Shown piece by piece: positions 39,692 through 49,989 of a stretch of DNA of 64,000 nucleotides; the first letter of the stretch is position 1, and every line of letters starts with the position of its first letter. The stretch lies in IMG/VR virus record IMGVR_UViG_3300034355_001008. One strand, 5' to 3'. A program made the position numbers and the translations under genes. A model generated the notes under the pieces. The model searched no databases. It was not told the DNA's origin and saw nothing but the letters and a program-made list of their open reading frames with translations. The stretch is from a virus. Lineage: Duplodnaviria > Heunggongvirae > Uroviricota > Caudoviricetes.

Positions 39692-40251
39692 TTAAATTAA
39701 ACCTTGGGTGCGGATATAATAAATTAGATGGATATATCAACGTCGATTATGATCAAAATTGTAACCCTGATGTAATAGCAAATTTAGAAACTAAATTACC
39801 GTTCGATGATAATTCTGTTGACGAAATTATTCTTAATCATGTATTAGAACATCTTGGGCAGCAAACAGATACCTTTTTAAATATTATTAAAGAATTTTAT
39901 AGAATTTTAAGCGATCAAGGTCAATTAAAGATTGTAGTTCCGCATCATAATCACGAGAACTTTCACCACGACCCAACACACTGCAGAAAAATTACGCCTG
40001 TTACAATTGATATGTTTAATCAACATAGAAATAAACAAACAATTGAATCTGGGGGTCAGGAAACTACATTAGGGTATCAGTGCAATGTTGATATAGAAGT
40101 ATCACAAGTAGCTTATGATTGTGATACTGATATGTCTAATCATAATATGCAAGAAATTATTGATATATCTAATACATATGGAAATGTATGCAGTCAAGTT
40201 AGAATCAATGCAATTATCCATAAGCCACCAAGATATCATACTCACCAATAG
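39688..40251 (+). CDS. class I SAM-dependent methyltransferase
   Basis: KLNLGCG....GYINVD and LPF.D.SVDEI...HVLEHL motifs. Confidence 0.85.
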   Translation: MIKLNLGCGYNKLDGYINVDYDQNCNPDVIANLETKLPFDDNSVDEIILNHVLEHLGQQTDTFLNIIKEFYRILSDQGQLKIVVPHHNHENFHHDPTHCRKITPVTIDMFNQHRNKQTIESGGQETTLGYQCNVDIEVSQVAYDCDTDMSNHNMQEIIDISNTYGNVCSQVRINAIIHKPPRYHTHQ

Positions 40252-40259
40252 AGAAAAAC

Positions 40260-40661
40260 ATGAAAATTTTAATAATGGGATTACCTAATTCCGGTAAAAC
40301 AACATTAGCAAGGGAATTGGCTAAAATTTTACCAAATTCTGAATGGTTTAATGCAGATGAGATTAGAAAACAGTATAATGATTGGGATTTTAGCGATCAA
40401 GGAAGAATTCGTCAATGTGATAGAATAAAAAGATTAGCCGAGGATTCTAAAGCTGATTATGTTATTTGTGATTTCGTTGCTCCAACTAACGAAATTAGAA
40501 AATATTTTAGAGCAGATTTAATGATATTTATGGATACGATTGATAGATGCGAATACGAGAATACAAATAAAATATTTGAAAAACCAAATAATTTTAACGT
40601 TAGGGTTGATAGTAAGCACGCATATTATTGGGCTACACAAGTAAAAAAAGCATTATTTTAA
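40260..40661 (+). CDS. cysC: adenylylsulfate (APS) kinase-like protein
   Basis: P-loop GLPNSGKTTLA; NAD.IR...NDWDFS..GR.RQ..R resembles DGD.VR....LGFS..DR..N..R. Confidence 0.75.
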   Translation: MKILIMGLPNSGKTTLARELAKILPNSEWFNADEIRKQYNDWDFSDQGRIRQCDRIKRLAEDSKADYVICDFVAPTNEIRKYFRADLMIFMDTIDRCEYENTNKIFEKPNNFNVRVDSKHAYYWATQVKKALF

Positions 40662-40675
40662 AATAATCCTTTTAT

Positions 40676-40683
40676 TATAAATA
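40676..40683 (+). promoter_or_regulatory. T4-type late promoter
   Basis: TATAAATA upstream of gp13. Confidence 0.8.
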
Positions 40684-40714
40684 GATAATAAAGTTTAAAA
40701 TAAAAGGATTTTCC

Positions 40715-41461
40715 ATGGCACATGTTACAACAAGAGATGAATTAAAAGATTATGCTCTAAGAAGATTAGGTGCTCCAGTAATAAAGATAAATGTTGATGA
40801 TAATCAATTAGAAGATAGAATAGATGATGCATTACAATTCTATCAAGATTACCATTATGATGCAACTGAATCTTTTTATTGGATGCATGTAATTACACAA
40901 GAAGATGTTAATCAAAGGTATTTTAATGTCGATCCAGGCATTTTAGGTATTACAAGAGTATTTCCTCTTAATGATACAATTACAAAAAATAATATGTTTG
41001 ATTTAAGATATCAACTTCGCCTCCATGAATTATATGATTTTACATCGACGTCATATACTAATTTCTCTATTACAATGCAACATCTCCAAAATTTAAGCGA
41101 GATGTTTACTGGAGACGTTCCAATTAGATTTCAAAGGCATACTCGTAAGTTATATGTTGATTGGGGTTGGGGTTCTGCTCAAATACCAGTTGGTACTAAT
41201 GTAATTGCAGAAGGATATAAAGCTATTGATCCAGAAACATATGAAAGCGTTTATAATGACCGTTGGCTAAAAGAATACGTTACTTCATTGTTTAAACGTC
41301 AATGGGGTGATAATATGAAAAAATTTGGCGGTATTCAACTTCCAGGTGGATTAACATTAAACGGAAAAGAAACATATGATGAGGCAACAGCAGATATTCA
41401 AAGATTAGAAACTGAAATGCAAGATAGATACGAATTGCCTGTTCAATTTTTAGTTGGATAA
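40715..41461 (+). CDS. gp13: neck protein gp13
   Basis: T.R.ELKDY.LRRLG.PVI.INV.D.Q..DRID.ALQ and KRQWG.N..KF.G.QLPGG..LNG motifs. Confidence 0.95.
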   Translation: MAHVTTRDELKDYALRRLGAPVIKINVDDNQLEDRIDDALQFYQDYHYDATESFYWMHVITQEDVNQRYFNVDPGILGITRVFPLNDTITKNNMFDLRYQLRLHELYDFTSTSYTNFSITMQHLQNLSEMFTGDVPIRFQRHTRKLYVDWGWGSAQIPVGTNVIAEGYKAIDPETYESVYNDRWLKEYVTSLFKRQWGDNMKKFGGIQLPGGLTLNGKETYDEATADIQRLETEMQDRYELPVQFLVG

Positions 41462-41466
41462 ACATT

Positions 41467-42330
41467 ATGCCAAGTAAATATTTTCAGAATTATGGTAAAC
41501 CTGCAGTCGAGATAAATTTAATTGAGGATCTCTACAACGAGGCGATAAATATCCAAGGCTTTAGCGGGTACTATATTCCAAATACGAACGTTGAAGGACG
41601 AGATTTGATCTATGGAGACGATCCTTTAAAGCATTTTGATGACGCGTATAAAATGGATATGTATCTTGTCAATACAATGGATTATGGAGACGAACAGGAT
41701 TTCTTTTCTAAATTTGGATTGGAAGTAAGAAACCAGACTAAAATTCAATTTACCTTTAAAGAATTTATGAAACGAACTAATAATCAGTTCGAAGTTCCAA
41801 AGGAAGGAAATTTAATTTTTATTCCATTTTTTAAAGATTCAGGCGAATTATTTGAAATTAAGTTTGTTAACACATCAAAAGATTTATATACTCTAGGTAG
41901 AATAAGACCATTTTATTACGAATTATCTCTTGAACCGTTCAAATATAATGACGAAAGCCTTGATACTGGTATTGAGTTTATTGATGAAATAGAACTTATT
42001 GAAGCATATAAAACGATAATTGACGTTCAAAATGGAACCGGTAATTACGTGGCTGGCGAAATTATTTATCAAGGAGCTGCAAATAATAAATTAGCTCAAG
42101 CTGAAGTAGTTTCTTGGGATGCAGCAAATACAATATTAGTTGTAATGAATACCAAAGGGGAATTCTCTAACACAGCAGGATCTATTGTTGGTCAAACAAG
42201 TAATTCTAGCTATTTATTAACTGTCGTTGATACGAAAATTCGTGAATCTCAATTCGATAATTTACCAATATTTAATGAAGTTATTGGATTCTTAGACTCA
42301 TCACAAGGTTTTGGTAGTTTAAAATACTAA
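41467..42330 (+). CDS. gp14: neck protein gp14
   Basis: LIEDL..EAI.I.G...YIP, FFSKFGLE.R and P.EG.LI..P motifs. Confidence 0.92.
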   Translation: MPSKYFQNYGKPAVEINLIEDLYNEAINIQGFSGYYIPNTNVEGRDLIYGDDPLKHFDDAYKMDMYLVNTMDYGDEQDFFSKFGLEVRNQTKIQFTFKEFMKRTNNQFEVPKEGNLIFIPFFKDSGELFEIKFVNTSKDLYTLGRIRPFYYELSLEPFKYNDESLDTGIEFIDEIELIEAYKTIIDVQNGTGNYVAGEIIYQGAANNKLAQAEVVSWDAANTILVVMNTKGEFSNTAGSIVGQTSNSSYLLTVVDTKIRESQFDNLPIFNEVIGFLDSSQGFGSLKY

Positions 42331-42339
42331 GGGTAAAAT

Positions 42340-43302
42340 ATGACATATAGATTACAATCAATAAGAAAAACTACCATTGCATTTGCTAGTTTATTTAAAG
42401 ATATTCCATTAATAAAATACGATGATAATGGGATAGAAGTAGAAAGAATGATAGTTCCTATTATCTATGGCGATAAAGAAAAATATGTAAAAAGATTAGA
42501 TATTTCGCGCGAAAAAGTCCAAATAACTTTACCTCGTATTGAATATGGGTTAACGACCATGGAGTATGATGTAGATAGAAAATTAAACCCTGTAAATAAA
42601 TTGATGGGGTGCGCTGGATTAGGAGATACTTATGTTAATTCACCTATTCCATATAATTTTAATTTTGAATTAATATTGTACACAAGAAATATTGAAGATG
42701 CCAATCAAATAATGGAATATATTTTGTCGCATTTTCAACCGGATTATAATATGCGTATCGTTATGGTTCCGGAAGCAGGTATAATTAAAACTATACCCGT
42801 AACATTTAATGGAGATTCCGAAGAAGAAGATTCAACAGGTTCATTTGATTCTCCAGTTAGATCTGTATTTAGAACGTTAACATTTACAGCCAGAAGTTTT
42901 ATTTACCAACCGCCATTAACATATATTCCAATTTTAACTGCGAATACAAATATGTATATTCCTCAAAATTATACTTACATTAATTTAAAATTAATTGATG
43001 GATTCGGTGATTTTGTTGGAGGGGAAAATATATATCAAGGATATAATTATGACACAGCTTCAGCAAAAGCAACAGTGGCTTCATGGGATAAATATACAAA
43101 AATATTATCTGTGTCAAATGTAATAGGCTCATTTACTAAACACGCATTACTAAGAAATGTTGCAGGATCTGCAGAATATTTTATAGGAGAATTACCCGAA
43201 AGCGGATTAGTTTATGCAACATCAATAACTCCAACTCCAAATACTTTTCCACCAATTGGTCCATATGCATTAGATGTAGTAATAATTGATAAAACAATAT
43301 AA
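42340..43302 (+). CDS. gp15: tail sheath stabiliser/terminator gp15
   Basis: IRK..IAF.SLF.DI, VPI.YG.KEK, LPR and PIPYNFNFEL..Y.RN.EDA.QI.E.IL..FQP motifs. Confidence 0.92.
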   Translation: MTYRLQSIRKTTIAFASLFKDIPLIKYDDNGIEVERMIVPIIYGDKEKYVKRLDISREKVQITLPRIEYGLTTMEYDVDRKLNPVNKLMGCAGLGDTYVNSPIPYNFNFELILYTRNIEDANQIMEYILSHFQPDYNMRIVMVPEAGIIKTIPVTFNGDSEEEDSTGSFDSPVRSVFRTLTFTARSFIYQPPLTYIPILTANTNMYIPQNYTYINLKLIDGFGDFVGGENIYQGYNYDTASAKATVASWDKYTKILSVSNVIGSFTKHALLRNVAGSAEYFIGELPESGLVYATSITPTPNTFPPIGPYALDVVIIDKTI

Positions 43303-43305
43303 CTT

Positions 43306-43737
43306 ATGAGTAAATTTAATAGAACGATGGAGGATTTATTTAACGTTCCTTCACCGGTGACAGAAGAAGAAACTGAATTTGCAGAATTTTTACCTGTAGA
43401 ATCAACGCATGACCTTTCAACATTACTCGATCATGATTTAAAAACTGATTACGAAAGAACCCGCGAAAGTATCGATATATTAATATCAAAAGGAACTGAA
43501 GCAATTGATGATATGTTAGCTATTGCTAGGCAATCAGAAAAAGCTCGCGATTTTGAAGTCGCAGGTAATATGATCAAAACTGTTGTTGATGCATCAAAAG
43601 AACTACTAGAAGTTCAAAAGAAAATGCGCGACATTACCGGAAAAAAAGAAACCGTTACACAAAATATAAAAAATGCAGTTTTCGTTGGATCCACAAAAGA
43701 TTTAATAAGATCTATTAAAAATGAGAATACTGAATGA
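43306..43737 (+). CDS. gp16: terminase small subunit gp16
   Basis: DY...R, A...E..R.FEV and NA.FVGST.DL motifs. Confidence 0.9.
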   Translation: MSKFNRTMEDLFNVPSPVTEEETEFAEFLPVESTHDLSTLLDHDLKTDYERTRESIDILISKGTEAIDDMLAIARQSEKARDFEVAGNMIKTVVDASKELLEVQKKMRDITGKKETVTQNIKNAVFVGSTKDLIRSIKNENTE

Positions 43738-45449
43738 TTGATTTTGAAGGCAGTAATAAATTATATTATAGAGATAACCCTAATTTAAGAAGAGCAGGCA
43801 TTGAAAATTGGGAATTTGATGAATTCCAAAGAGATGAGATTAGAAAATGTATTAATAATCCAATATATTTTATTAGAAATTATGTAAAAATTATTAATCT
43901 TGATGAAGGTCTTGTTTATTTTGATATGCATGATTACCAAGAAGAAATGGTTCAAGCATTTCATGAGAATAGATTTTCTATTGTAAGAATTGGTCGACAA
44001 TCAGGTAAAACCACCACATCTGTTGGTTATCTTTTATGGTTATCGCTATTTACTGAAAATTATAACATTGCTATTACTGCCAATAAAAAATCATTAGCTG
44101 TTGAGATTCTATCTAGATACCAATTAGCATATGAAAATTTACCTATGTGGCTACAACAAGGTATTGTTATATGGAATAAAGGTAGTATTGAGTTAGAAAA
44201 TGGTTCTAAGATGTTAGCAGCTTCTACTGCTGCTTCTTCTGTTCGTGGCGGATCATTTAACCTTGTATTTATGGACGAGTTTGCTCACGTTCATAATAAC
44301 TTAGCAGAAGAATTCTTTACTTCAACATATCCTGTAATTTCATCAGGTAAAACTACAAAAATTATTATTGTATCTACTCCTCGTGGTATGAATTTATACT
44401 ACAAAATGTGGATGGATGCAGTAAGTAAAAAGAGTGATTATAAAGCTGTTGATATTCATTGGTCTAGAGTTCCAGGGCGCGATGAAAACTGGAAAGAAAC
44501 TACGATTAGAAATACTTCTGCTCGTCAGTTTAACCAAGAATTTGGTTGCGAATTTTTAGGTTCTACAAATACATTAATCGACGGATCTAAATTACAAACT
44601 CTTGTTGCAATAGATCCATTAGATACAGATGATGAAATATTCTCCGGAATAACAATTCCAAATGAAATGGATGTATTTATTCCTCCAGTTAAAGAATCAT
44701 TTGATGAAGAAACGAAAAAACAAATAGATAAAGATCACATCTATGCAATGACTGTTGACGTTTCAGAAGGGAAAAACTTAGATTATGCCGCATTTTCTAT
44801 TTTTGATGTATCAACAATTCCATATACTCAAGTAGCTACATATAGAAATAATCAATTGCATCCAATGTTATTTCCAGATATTATTAAAATGGCTGGAGAA
44901 TATTACAACAACGCATATGTATTAATTGAGGTAAATAATAATCCAACGGTAGCAGATACTCTATTTCAAGATTTAGAATATGAAAATGTATTAAAAGTTT
45001 ATGCTGGAAATAAAAAAGCTCAACAAATAAGCGAAAACGGTAAAGCAACACAAAATGGCGTCAATATGAGTCCATTAGTAAAACGTGTTGGGTGTACTAC
45101 ATTAAAAACGTTAATTGAAACTGATAAATTACGAATTAATTCTAGCGAAACAATATATGAACTAACTCGATTTATTGCAACAAATAATTCATTTGCAGCT
45201 GAAGAAGGTGCAAATGATGATTTAGCAATGACTCTTGTCATTTTTGCTTGGTTATCTACTCAAAAATTATTTATAGAATTATCTTCTACAGATATTCGCA
45301 AAAGATTACAAATAGAAAATAATTATATTAAAGAAGATGATATTGATGTTCCGCCTATGCCACAATTTAGTAACCCATTAATGGATAGATTTACATTAGA
45401 AGATGGAGATTTATGGGAAACTGTTCAACCTGCAGCATTTTATTATTAA
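43734..45449 (+). CDS. gp17: terminase large subunit gp17
   Basis: Walker A RQSGKTT, Walker B FMDEFAH, motif III VSTPRG, nuclease VDVSEG...DY and DDLAM. Confidence 0.98.
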   Translation: MIDFEGSNKLYYRDNPNLRRAGIENWEFDEFQRDEIRKCINNPIYFIRNYVKIINLDEGLVYFDMHDYQEEMVQAFHENRFSIVRIGRQSGKTTTSVGYLLWLSLFTENYNIAITANKKSLAVEILSRYQLAYENLPMWLQQGIVIWNKGSIELENGSKMLAASTAASSVRGGSFNLVFMDEFAHVHNNLAEEFFTSTYPVISSGKTTKIIIVSTPRGMNLYYKMWMDAVSKKSDYKAVDIHWSRVPGRDENWKETTIRNTSARQFNQEFGCEFLGSTNTLIDGSKLQTLVAIDPLDTDDEIFSGITIPNEMDVFIPPVKESFDEETKKQIDKDHIYAMTVDVSEGKNLDYAAFSIFDVSTIPYTQVATYRNNQLHPMLFPDIIKMAGEYYNNAYVLIEVNNNPTVADTLFQDLEYENVLKVYAGNKKAQQISENGKATQNGVNMSPLVKRVGCTTLKTLIETDKLRINSSETIYELTRFIATNNSFAAEEGANDDLAMTLVIFAWLSTQKLFIELSSTDIRKRLQIENNYIKEDDIDVPPMPQFSNPLMDRFTLEDGDLWETVQPAAFYY

Positions 45450-45466
45450 ACATAAAATACCAAAAT

Positions 45467-45474
45467 TATAAATA
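45467..45474 (+). promoter_or_regulatory. T4-type late promoter
   Basis: TATAAATA upstream of gp18. Confidence 0.85.
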
Positions 45475-45520
45475 CTTGCATGAAAGATATTTTCTATTTT
45501 ACTAACAAGGAGTATAAGTT

Positions 45521-47641
45521 ATGGGATTTCAATTATCGCCAGGAGTAAATGTATCTGAAATAGATTTAACTAACGTCGTTCCAGGCGTAAGTTCTTCTAT
45601 TGGGGCATTTGCTGGGCAATTTAGCTGGGGACCAGCGGCAATTAGAGTATTAGTTGACTCAGAAAACAGATTAGCATCAATTTTCGGAAAACCGAATAAT
45701 AACAATTTTACATCATTTTTTACAGCAGCAAATTTCTTAGCATATACAAACAATCTTAGAGTTGTAAGAGCTATCGATAATTCAAATACATTTAACTCAA
45801 CAAGTATTTCTGATTTTATCGATTTAGGAAATTTAACTGCAACTACAGCTAGTGCAAGCAATAATGTTGTATTTACTGATGAAGTATCATCATATATAAC
45901 GCGCGGCGATACATTTAAAGTAACAACTCCAGGTGGAAATCAATTTACATTAACTGCAAATACAGTTAGCGGTAATACAGTTGTTGTTTATAATAACTTA
46001 GTCGGCGATACTTCTGGGGCTTCTGTTACATTACCAGCATATCAAACTAATGTCAGCATTTCAAATGAAGAAGATTACGAACTAAATTTTGAAGCGGGAT
46101 CAATTACTAAATTTGGTGGATTTTATGGTCGTTATCCTGGAACATTCGGCAATTCATTAACTGTTAGCGTTTGCTCTTCATCAGATTCTTTCTTAAAAAC
46201 CGGATTAACTGCAAATACAACATCAGCAAGTTCTACTGTAATTTTAAATACAGGATATGCTAATACATTCTTATCTTCTGGTGATATTATTACTATTAGC
46301 GGAACAAGTTATGATGTAGTTAGCGTTACTGCAGTAGATGCGCGTACAACATCAGTTGTAATATCTGAACCAATGAGTGCTAATGTAACCAATTTAACAA
46401 CATCAACAAAATGGGCATATGCATCTGCATTTGATTCAGCTCCAGGAACTTCAGTTTATGCAGCAGGAAAAACTTCTGCAAATGATGAAATACATATTAT
46501 TGTTATTGATACCGATGGCAAATTTTCAGGAGAAAGAGATACTGTATTAGAGAAATACTCTCATGTATCTAAAGCTGATGATGCAAGAACAGATGACGGT
46601 TCTCCGAATTATTATGTAACCAAACTTTTTAATGCGTCAAAATATGTTTATGTAGCTGATCACCTTGTTGGATCTTCTAATTGGGGTTCTACTTGCGACA
46701 CAGGTTTAGAATTCGATAAATTAAAAAATTATTCAAGTAAATTATCCGGAGGAACTGATGTTGCTCCAACTACAGCAGATATATATTCCTCTTACGATTT
46801 ATTTGCAAATCCTGACGAAGTTGATATTTCTTTAGTTCTTACTGGAGATAATGATATAACTGTTGTAAATCATGCATTGGATATCGTAAATCAAAGAAAA
46901 GATTGCGTTGCATTTGTTTCTCCAACTAGAGCTGATGCAGTTGAATCTATTAATTTAGATAATATTATTGAATATAGAAATGGGTTAACTCCTTCTACAT
47001 CATATTCAGTATTTGATTCTGGATGGAAATATCAATTTGATAAATACAATAACAAATATCGTTATGTCCCATTAAACGGTGATATTGCTGGATTATGCGC
47101 GAGAACTGATAATATTAGAGATCCATGGTGGTCTCCTGCTGGATTTAATCGCGGTCAAATTTTGAATGCAATTAAATTATCATGGAATCCATCTAAAGCT
47201 CAAAGAGATGAATTGTATAAAAATGGTATTAATCCTGTTGTTGCATTTCCAGGTGAAGGTATTATTTTATATGGCGATAAAACTATGCAAACAAAACCAT
47301 CTGCGTTTGATCGTATTAATGTCCGTAGATTGTTTATCGTTCTTGAAAAAGCAATTGCTATTGCGGCTAAATACTCTCTATTTGAATTTAATGATGCATT
47401 TACAAGAGCTCAATTTGTGTCTATGGTTGAACCATTCTTAAGAGATGTAAAAGGGCGTAGAGGTATTTACGACTTTAAAGTTGTTTGTGATGACACAAAC
47501 AACACAGCTGAAGTTATTGATACAAATAGATTTGTTGGTGATATTTATATTAAACCAGCTAGATCTATTAACTTTATCCAGTTGAATTTCGTAGCAGTTC
47601 GTACTGGCGTTGACTTTACTGAAATTGCAGGCAAATTCTAA
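45521..47641 (+). CDS. gp18: tail sheath protein gp18
   Basis: SPGV...EIDLT, W.SPAG.NRG.I, SAFDRINVRRLF and KPARSINFI.LNFVA motifs. Confidence 0.98.
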   Translation: MGFQLSPGVNVSEIDLTNVVPGVSSSIGAFAGQFSWGPAAIRVLVDSENRLASIFGKPNNNNFTSFFTAANFLAYTNNLRVVRAIDNSNTFNSTSISDFIDLGNLTATTASASNNVVFTDEVSSYITRGDTFKVTTPGGNQFTLTANTVSGNTVVVYNNLVGDTSGASVTLPAYQTNVSISNEEDYELNFEAGSITKFGGFYGRYPGTFGNSLTVSVCSSSDSFLKTGLTANTTSASSTVILNTGYANTFLSSGDIITISGTSYDVVSVTAVDARTTSVVISEPMSANVTNLTTSTKWAYASAFDSAPGTSVYAAGKTSANDEIHIIVIDTDGKFSGERDTVLEKYSHVSKADDARTDDGSPNYYVTKLFNASKYVYVADHLVGSSNWGSTCDTGLEFDKLKNYSSKLSGGTDVAPTTADIYSSYDLFANPDEVDISLVLTGDNDITVVNHALDIVNQRKDCVAFVSPTRADAVESINLDNIIEYRNGLTPSTSYSVFDSGWKYQFDKYNNKYRYVPLNGDIAGLCARTDNIRDPWWSPAGFNRGQILNAIKLSWNPSKAQRDELYKNGINPVVAFPGEGIILYGDKTMQTKPSAFDRINVRRLFIVLEKAIAIAAKYSLFEFNDAFTRAQFVSMVEPFLRDVKGRRGIYDFKVVCDDTNNTAEVIDTNRFVGDIYIKPARSINFIQLNFVAVRTGVDFTEIAGKF

Positions 47642-47652
47642 ATAATGAACTT

Positions 47653-47680
47653 GTGAGCCAGTGATTCGTTACTGGCTCAT
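47653..47680 (+). other. UUCG-capped hairpin between gp18 and gp19
   Basis: TGAGCCAGT-GA-TTCG-TT-ACTGGCTCA; no U-tract on the + strand. Confidence 0.75.
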
Positions 47681-47687
47681 ATAAATA
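47680..47687 (+). promoter_or_regulatory. T4-type late promoter
   Basis: TATAAATA upstream of gp19. Confidence 0.85.
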
Positions 47688-47730
47688 ATTAAAAGAATAA
47701 TTACGATTTTTTAACAAGGAGTATCCAAAC

Positions 47731-48270
47731 ATGGCGTTCAATATTGCAGAATTTAGATCGGCAATGATTGGTGATGGAGCGAGACCTAATTTATTTTCAG
47801 TGTCTTTAACATTTCCAACAGTTGCAAGTTCACCTATTGCATCTCAAAAATTAACATTTATGGCTCATGCAACATCATTACCACCATCAATCGTGGGTGT
47901 TGCTACACAATTTTATTTTGGTCGTCAAGTAAAATTTGCTGGTGATAGACAATTCCCAGATTGGAGTTTGACGATTATTAATGATGAAGATTTTATCGTA
48001 AGAAATGCGTTCGAAAGATGGTCAGATAAATTAAACAGTCATTCACAAAACGTTCGTGCTGCTGGAGCAATTAATTCGCAATTATATTGCGCTGATGCTA
48101 CAGTAACACAATATAGTAAAATTGGAACCCCAATTAAAGCATATAAATTTGTTGGTATGTTCCCTAATACAGTTGATCCTATTCAAGTTGATTGGGGTTC
48201 AAACGATAGAATTGAAGAATTTAATGTGACGTTCTCTTATCAATATTGGGAATCAGATTCTGTAACCTAA
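47731..48270 (+). CDS. gp19: tail tube protein gp19
   Basis: GARPNLF, GR..KFAGDR.F..W..T.INDEDF..R.AFE.W and IEEF.VTF.YQYW motifs. Confidence 0.97.
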   Translation: MAFNIAEFRSAMIGDGARPNLFSVSLTFPTVASSPIASQKLTFMAHATSLPPSIVGVATQFYFGRQVKFAGDRQFPDWSLTIINDEDFIVRNAFERWSDKLNSHSQNVRAAGAINSQLYCADATVTQYSKIGTPIKAYKFVGMFPNTVDPIQVDWGSNDRIEEFNVTFSYQYWESDSVT

Positions 48271-48312
48271 TATATAAGAATATACTATTAATTATTAAAA
48301 AGGTATTTTATT

Positions 48313-49989
48313 TTGGCTAAATTCTCATTATTCGGTTTTAAAATAGGGAAAGATACACCAGCACAGGAAGTGCTACCTTCTTTTTCAGCACCAGTGTTAG
48401 ATGATGGTGCAGTAACTATTACTGCAGCAGCGCATTATGGCACAACTATTGATTTAGATTCAAATTATAAAAATGACGTAGAATTAATCACTAGATATCG
48501 TGAAATGGCTATGCAGCCAGAGATAGAAAGTGCAGTTGATGATATTATTAATGAAGCTATTATCAATGAAGATGGTGTTATTGTAAAATTAAAATTAGAT
48601 AATTTAAAAGTTGCACCAAAAATAAAAAAAGCTATTGAAGATGAATTTGATAATATCTTGACTCTTTTGAATTTTAAACAACTGGGTCAAGATATTTTTA
48701 GAAGATATTATATTGATGGAAGAATGTATTATAATATTATTCTTGATAAAGCAAACCCAAATGCGGGTATTCAAGAATTAAGATATACAGATCCACGAAA
48801 AATTACAAAAATTCGCGAAATTAAAAAAGTAAAAGATCAAACTACTGGATACGATATTGTCGCCGGTTATGTTGAATATTATATCTATTCTGATACTATA
48901 TCAACAAAATCTAATTTAACTAATTCCGGATTAAGAATTGCCCCAGATTCAATGATTTGCGTTACATCAGGGTTATTAGACGCAAAACGATCAATTATAT
49001 TAAGTAATTTACATAAATGCATCAAACCTCTAAATCAACTAAGAATGATTGAAGATGCTAGCGTAATTTACAAAGTATCAAGAGCTCCAGAAAGACGTAT
49101 TTTTTATATTGATGTCGGTAATCTACCTAAAATGAAGGCAGAACAATATCTTAAAGATATTATGACTAAATATAAAAATAAAGTCGTTTATGATGCTACA
49201 ACAGGTGAAATCAGAGATGATAGAAGATTCCTTTCTATGATGGATGATTTCTGGTTACCTAGACGCTCTGATAATAAATCAACAGAAATTACTACATTAC
49301 CATCTTCTGCTGCATTTGATGATATGTCAATGGTAGAATATTTCGAGAAAAAATTATATAAAGCACTTAATGTTCCATTTTCTAGATTAGTTCAACCCGA
49401 TAGTGCATTTGATGTTGGTACAAATCAAGTAATATCCAGAGATGAAATTAAATTTGATAAATTTATTCAAAGATTAAGAAATAAATTTACTGACGTGTTT
49501 GATCAAGCATTAAAAGTTCAATGCCAATTAAAAGGTATTTGCTCTGATGATGAGTTTGATGTATACAAACAAGATTTCGATTATGAATTTGTTAGAGATA
49601 ATAATTATGCTGAAATGAAAGATTCAGAATTATTACAGAATAGATTAAATTTATTGGCAGTTGTTGATCCATATAAAGGCGTTTATTATTCTCAAGCATG
49701 GATCCAAAAAAATATTCTTAAAATGGATGAAGATGAAATTGAAGAAATGCAAAAACAAATTGCACAAGAAATTAAAGATCAAGTATATCCAGACCCAAAA
49801 TTAATGAATGATCCAATGGCAGGTTTAGGCGGAGGAGATGGTGGCGATGATGGGCAAGATCCAAATGCTGATCCAGATGGAGACGGAATACCAAATAGTC
49901 AAGATACTAATGACCAAGATCCATCTATAGGAAGAGCAAACTCTAAACAACAATCCGATAAAACTTCAAAAAACCCATACTATGACTAA
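48313..49989 (+). CDS. gp20: portal protein gp20
   Basis: YR.MA..PE...A.DDI.NE, NQLRM.EDA.VIY...RAPERRIFYIDVGNLPK.KAEQY and DFWLPRR motifs; TTG start. Confidence 0.97.
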   Translation: MAKFSLFGFKIGKDTPAQEVLPSFSAPVLDDGAVTITAAAHYGTTIDLDSNYKNDVELITRYREMAMQPEIESAVDDIINEAIINEDGVIVKLKLDNLKVAPKIKKAIEDEFDNILTLLNFKQLGQDIFRRYYIDGRMYYNIILDKANPNAGIQELRYTDPRKITKIREIKKVKDQTTGYDIVAGYVEYYIYSDTISTKSNLTNSGLRIAPDSMICVTSGLLDAKRSIILSNLHKCIKPLNQLRMIEDASVIYKVSRAPERRIFYIDVGNLPKMKAEQYLKDIMTKYKNKVVYDATTGEIRDDRRFLSMMDDFWLPRRSDNKSTEITTLPSSAAFDDMSMVEYFEKKLYKALNVPFSRLVQPDSAFDVGTNQVISRDEIKFDKFIQRLRNKFTDVFDQALKVQCQLKGICSDDEFDVYKQDFDYEFVRDNNYAEMKDSELLQNRLNLLAVVDPYKGVYYSQAWIQKNILKMDEDEIEEMQKQIAQEIKDQVYPDPKLMNDPMAGLGGGDGGDDGQDPNADPDGDGIPNSQDTNDQDPSIGRANSKQQSDKTSKNPYYD

